Source: Vulcanimicrobiota bacterium (GTDB taxonomy: Bacteria; Vulcanimicrobiota; Vulcanimicrobiia; Vulcanimicrobiales; Vulcanimicrobiaceae). Taken from it: 64,000 nucleotides of DNA. Each line of letters starts with the position of its first letter. Within the stretch, counting starts at the first letter, position 1. Where the stretch lies: positions 32,001 to 96,000 of the forward strand of contig OY970223.1 of assembly GCA_963714015.1 (NCBI GenBank). Reading direction: 5' to 3'. Both the position numbers and the translations under genes were made by a program. Under the pieces are notes generated by a model that had not been told where the DNA came from, made no database searches, and saw only the letters and a program-made list of their open reading frames with translations. Positions 60,067-64,000 of the stretch are shown here, one piece after another.

Positions 60067-60429
60067 TCAATTAGACTGGACTTTTTCGTTCTTATCGCAG
60101 CGGTGGTTTTGGGAACTTCGAAATGGCGTTCGGGCGGCTAAGCCATCACCCCAATTAAAGAATTGAGTCTCGGTCGTATTCACGTGAGATCCGTTGAGCG
60201 AAATGTCGTCGGACTCCATCCACGGCGTTTGCTTGCAGGTTTCACCGACATTGTGGTAGTGCGTTTCGAACATCGACCAACCTTGGCCGCCGTTGATTTC
60301 ACCGCTTCCGGAATCGTCATAAATGTCTTCCCAGATTTTTGTCCTGTAGTTACGCTTGGCCTTATTGCGGCGGCTTGACAAAATTGAAGAGCAGCAGCAG
60401 CGGTCCGTCGAGAATGTGCGGGTGATCAT
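60067..60429 (-). pseudogene. Unidentified gene fragment in a visibly less GC-rich segment
   Basis: Protein-like middle (KIWEDIYDDSGSGEINGGQGWSMFETHY) without credible start. Confidence 0.3.
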
Positions 60430-60616
60430 ACGGCGGCTGGGCGAGAGTAAGTTTACAAGGCCGCTCTAGCCTCGGGTTCTTGCCGTAGCCTATCCGCGGT
60501 TTGGATTGTTCTGGAAGTCCCTAAGGTCCCTTCGATCATAGTGGCCGAATCGCTCGCCGATGAGTGGCCAACCTGCATGAGCAGAATCAAAGGCTTAACT
60601 TAACATTCGAACCCAT

Positions 60617-60653
60617 AAAGAAACGGATGCCCCCGATAAACGAGGTGCATCCG
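60617..60653 (-). terminator. Intrinsic terminator after rpsF-ssb
   Basis: CGGATGC...GCATCCG stem followed on minus strand by TTTCTTT. Confidence 0.65.
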
Positions 60654-60728
60654 CTATACAAATGCCTGATGTTGTTTGAGTTTTGCCCGCTTCTCCGCGA
60701 GGAACTTAATTAATGCTTTTGGTTCCCC

Positions 60729-61157
60729 CTAGAAAGGAATTTCGTCGTCCAGATTTTCGTCCATGCGGCCGCCTCCGCCGCCGACGCCGACCGGTGCGCC
60801 GTTGTACGAGTCGCCGGATTCCTGGCGATCGCGCGGCGAATCGAGCATTTGCATCGTGTTCAGCACGACCTCGGTGGCTTTGCGCTTGTTGCCGTCCTTG
60901 TCGTCGTACGAGCGGATCACCAGGCGGCCCTCGACGAGCACGTTCATGCCCTTCTTGAGATACGTGTTGCAGGTTTCTGCCAGCTTCTCCCAAGCTACGA
61001 GGTCCACGAACAGCGTATCCTCGGGTTTGGCGTCGCGTTTGTTCGGGTTTACCGCGATGGAAAACTTGGTCACGCCGGCGCCGGAACCGACGTAGCGGAT
61101 CTCCGGATCGCGAACCAGCCGCCCTACCAAAATTACTTTATTGAACGATCCTGCCAT
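60729..61157 (-). CDS. ssb: Single-stranded DNA-binding protein
   Basis: NKVILVGRLVRDPEIRY...AWEKLAE...YLKKG..VLVEGRL..RSY; C-terminal DDEIPF. Confidence 0.97.
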   Translation of the reverse strand: MAGSFNKVILVGRLVRDPEIRYVGSGAGVTKFSIAVNPNKRDAKPEDTLFVDLVAWEKLAETCNTYLKKGMNVLVEGRLVIRSYDDKDGNKRKATEVVLNTMQMLDSPRDRQESGDSYNGAPVGVGGGGGRMDENLDDEIPF

Positions 61158-61244
61158 GATGCGTCACTCTCTTCTTCGTCTTTGAATCAAACTGCTGTGC
61201 GGGATGCTCTTAGGCTACGGCGTGCCCGTGCCAGGGGTATGGCA

Positions 61245-61583
61245 TTATTGTTGCGGCGCGATTGCCGCGGCGGCCTTTTCGGCCGCGACCGCATGTTTGT
61301 CCAGTTTAATGAGCAGCGCCCGCATCACATCCTCATTCAGGCCGAGCTGACGCTCGAGCTCGTGCGCGGCCGGCGCTTCGCTTCGGAAACGCATGACGGC
61401 GTAAATGCCCTCGCGCAGATCGTTGATCTCGTACGCCAGGCGTTTCTTGCCAAGAACCTCGAGGTTCAGAACCTCGCCGCCGTTGCTCTTTAGGGATTCG
61501 GAGATAGCGGCCGTGCGTTCACCGACCTCGTTCTCTTCGAGGTTCGGACGAAGAATATACGTGACTTCGTAGTCGATAGCCAT
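61245..61583 (-). CDS. rpsF: 30S ribosomal protein S6
   Basis: YEVTYILRPNL...GKKRLAYEI....EG.Y...ELER.L.LNEDVMR. Confidence 0.97.
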   Translation of the reverse strand: MAIDYEVTYILRPNLEENEVGERTAAISESLKSNGGEVLNLEVLGKKRLAYEINDLREGIYAVMRFRSEAPAAHELERQLGLNEDVMRALLIKLDKHAVAAEKAAAAIAPQQ

Positions 61584-61668
61584 GGTAGCCCTCTACGGAC
61601 ACCCCGGTGGGGTGGCCCACCGGACGCGGCGGGCAGCGGGTTGGGGGCTCGCGCCCCGGAACCGCGAT

Positions 61669-61697
61669 AGTCTACCACAGCGCCTAGGCCCCGGCAA
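61669..61697 (-). promoter_or_regulatory. Putative sigma70 promoter of rpsF-ssb
   Basis: Minus strand TTGCCG-N17-TAGACT. Confidence 0.65.
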
Positions 61698-61806
61698 GGA
61701 CAAGTGCCCATCGGCGCTGCCGGGCCGGCGCAAGCGGGCTCTCAGTGACCTTTAATCGCCCCATGGGATGCTTCATGGACCCATGGGAACACTCAAAGGC
61801 CAATAA

Positions 61807-64000
61807 ATGTCAATTGCTCGCTTCGCCGTAAACCGCCGTGTCACCGTAGCGATGATCGCGACCGCGATCATCGTGCTCGGACTTTTCGCCTTTCCGCGCC
61901 TACCGGTGGATCTGCTTCCGAGCTTCACGCCGCCGGTGGTCAACGTAAGCGTCAGCTATACCAACGTTGCGCCCCAGCAAATGGAGACGTTGATCACTCG
62001 CCCCATAGAAAACGCGGTCAGCCGCGTCGCGGGGATTCAGCAGATTAACTCGACGTCCTCCGAAGGCTCCAGCAACGTTACGGCGCAGTTTTACTACGGC
62101 ACCAACATCGACACCGCTGCGGTGGACGTTCAAGAGCAAGTTTCGCGCATCTGGTCCAGCCTGCCGAACGATCCGAACCTCTCGCAACCGACGATTAACA
62201 AGTTCGACCCGAACTCGCTGCCGGTCGTGCGCATGTACGTTACCGATCCGAACATGACGCTGCGCAACCTCGGCGACTTGTGGACGAACACGCTCTCCGA
62301 CGAGTTCTCAAGCGTCGCGGGCGTCGCGTCGGTCGGCATCAGCAACGACCAGCAGCGCGCCATCATGATCCAGCCCGACGCCGGCAAGCTCGCGGGCTAC
62401 GGTCTGACTGTGAGCCAGCTGACCTCGAGAGTAAGCCAGGAAAACCTAAATCTACCGGCCGGCATCGTGCAGATCTCGAACAAAGAGTATCAGATCCAGG
62501 CGAACGAGCTCTTTCAAAATGCGCAGCAGATCGGCAACATCGTCGTCACCACCAAGAACGGCGCGCCCGTGTTTCTGCACGACGTGGCGAGCGTAACGGA
62601 TTCGATTGAAGAGCAGCGTTCGTTCCAGCGCATCAACGGCCAGCCTTCGCTCGGCGTCTCGATCATCGCGCAGCCGAACGCGAACGTCGTTCAAACCGGA
62701 ACCGGCGTCTATAAGAAGATCGCTCAGCTCGAGAAGACTTATCCGGGCATGAAGATGTCGATCGTCTTCGATCAGCGCGGTTTTATCACCGCAGCGGTGA
62801 CCGCACTGGAGCACACGGCAATCTACGGCGCAGTCTTGGCGATTCTGATTATTTTGCTCTTCCTGCACTCCTGGCGTTCGACGCTGATCGTGGGCATCTC
62901 GCTTCCTATTTCGGTGCTGGGAACGCTCTTCGCCGCGTACATGTTCGGCTTTACGCTGAACACGATGACGCTGGGAGGATTGGCACTCGCCGTTGGCCTG
63001 ATTGTCGACGACGCGATCGTCGTCATCGAAAACATCTACCGGCACATGTCGCGCGGTCAACACGTGAAGGAAGCGGCAGAGAGCGCCGTCACCGAAATCT
63101 TCACGGCGGTCCTCGCCTCGTCGATTACCGTCATCACCGTATTCGTGCCGCTGATGCTGATCCCGGGCCTGCAGGGCCTCATCTTCATGCCGTTCGCGCT
63201 GATGGTGATGGTCGCCGTAGCGATCTCGCTGCTCGTCGCCCTGACCACGGTGCCGATGCTCTCGACGATACTGCTGCGCGACGAAAAACCGCATACGAAC
63301 GGCCATCACAAGGGCGGCTACGCGAGATTCGTCGCGAAATTCGACCAAACGTACGAACGATTTGCCGCCTGGTATCGTAAGCGCCTCGCATGGTCCGTCG
63401 ATCATCCCGGCCGGGTCTTGGCAACCGCCGGCATTATCCTGATCGTCACGCTGCTGGCGCTGCGATTGGGAGCGGTGAGCACCGAAATGTTTCCAGCCTC
63501 AAACTCGCGTTACGTGCGATTCAATCTGCAAATGCCGGCCGGTACTGCCCTCAACGTCATGAACGGCGTGGCGCGCGAGGTAGAGAATCGCATCCGGAAG
63601 GATCCGCGCGTTTTGGACGTCGGCGCGCAAGTCGGCAGTCAAGGATACAGCGCGACGGCCGTCTCGAACGTCGCCAATTTGGCAATCACCCTCAAACCCC
63701 TCAGCAGCAGCGCCGTCGCTCAGTTCGTGCAGCAATGGCAAGGCGCGCTCAACGGAAGCTTCGGCGGCGGTAAACGCGGCGCGGGCGCCGCGCCTCGCAA
63801 ACCGAATCCGAAATTCGCGCAGATGCGCAAAATGTTCGGTCCCCCGATTCCGGGTTTGATGGCCTTCGGTCATCCGATCGACATTTTGCAGCAGATCATT
63901 GCTCGCGGCCAGAACGCTTTGGATATCCAGATCTACGGCGGCGACATGAACCAGCTGTACAACATCGCTCAGGATCAGGTAATTCCGAGGCTGCAGCAAG
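61807..64000 (+). CDS. RND efflux permease, AcrB family (runs off window)
   Basis: Manual translation MSIARFAVNRRVTVAM...LPVDLLP...; GLIVDDAIVVIENIYRH. Confidence 0.93.
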   Translation, partial: MSIARFAVNRRVTVAMIATAIIVLGLFAFPRLPVDLLPSFTPPVVNVSVSYTNVAPQQMETLITRPIENAVSRVAGIQQINSTSSEGSSNVTAQFYYGTNIDTAAVDVQEQVSRIWSSLPNDPNLSQPTINKFDPNSLPVVRMYVTDPNMTLRNLGDLWTNTLSDEFSSVAGVASVGISNDQQRAIMIQPDAGKLAGYGLTVSQLTSRVSQENLNLPAGIVQISNKEYQIQANELFQNAQQIGNIVVTTKNGAPVFLHDVASVTDSIEEQRSFQRINGQPSLGVSIIAQPNANVVQTGTGVYKKIAQLEKTYPGMKMSIVFDQRGFITAAVTALEHTAIYGAVLAILIILLFLHSWRSTLIVGISLPISVLGTLFAAYMFGFTLNTMTLGGLALAVGLIVDDAIVVIENIYRHMSRGQHVKEAAESAVTEIFTAVLASSITVITVFVPLMLIPGLQGLIFMPFALMVMVAVAISLLVALTTVPMLSTILLRDEKPHTNGHHKGGYARFVAKFDQTYERFAAWYRKRLAWSVDHPGRVLATAGIILIVTLLALRLGAVSTEMFPASNSRYVRFNLQMPAGTALNVMNGVAREVENRIRKDPRVLDVGAQVGSQGYSATAVSNVANLAITLKPLSSSAVAQFVQQWQGALNGSFGGGKRGAGAAPRKPNPKFAQMRKMFGPPIPGLMAFGHPIDILQQIIARGQNALDIQIYGGDMNQLYNIAQDQVIPRLQQ

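Noticed and set aside
60728..60750. CTAGAAAGGAATTTCGTC at the ssb end resembling octamer and box
   Set aside because: Explained by coding for the conserved DDEIPF* tail
61760..61788. Two CCCATGGGA copies 20 bp apart before the RND gene
   Set aside because: Possible regulator site but too short to support
3126..63999. Long antisense or alternative-frame ORFs (e.g. 3126-4463, 6598-7692, 11849-12943, 40880-42061, 62452-63405)
   Set aside because: Shadow ORFs of high-GC genes with no motifs

Overview
GC-rich bacterial chromosomal window; gene content and protein style suggest Candidatus Eremiobacterota/Vulcanimicrobiota (inference only). The canonical rpsF-ssb-rpsR-rplI ribosomal cluster is split: rpsF-ssb lie at 60.7-61.6 kb and rpsR-rplI at 0-0.7 kb, on the same strand and in canonical order, about 60 kb apart. 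The rpsR-proximal half (0.9-30 kb) holds mostly intact operons: a MacAB-type ABC exporter, glnA, secreted glycoside-hydrolase-like proteins, a YciI/ECF sigma/BNR/MoaD operon, a Crp/TauE/porin locus, a GAF-PP2C-HATPase protein, an Ntn acylase and an RND pump. The ssb-proximal half (30-60.7 kb) is an accessory, partly decayed region of small regulator-enzyme modules, pseudogenes and seven paralogous output-less (PDZ)-multi-TM-GAF membrane proteins. The most notable signal is a dispersed, same-orientation intergenic element with about 10 copies from 39 to 57 kb. Its structure is optional terminator + tandem 8-bp GYYARAAC array + GGCGTTGTCTCAC + two ATTTCACCCTAACT boxes exactly 30 bp apart, and it separates these genes like cassette boundaries. 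No recombinase, transposase, tRNA, rRNA or CRISPR array was seen. Many single-base frameshifts may be assembly errors.
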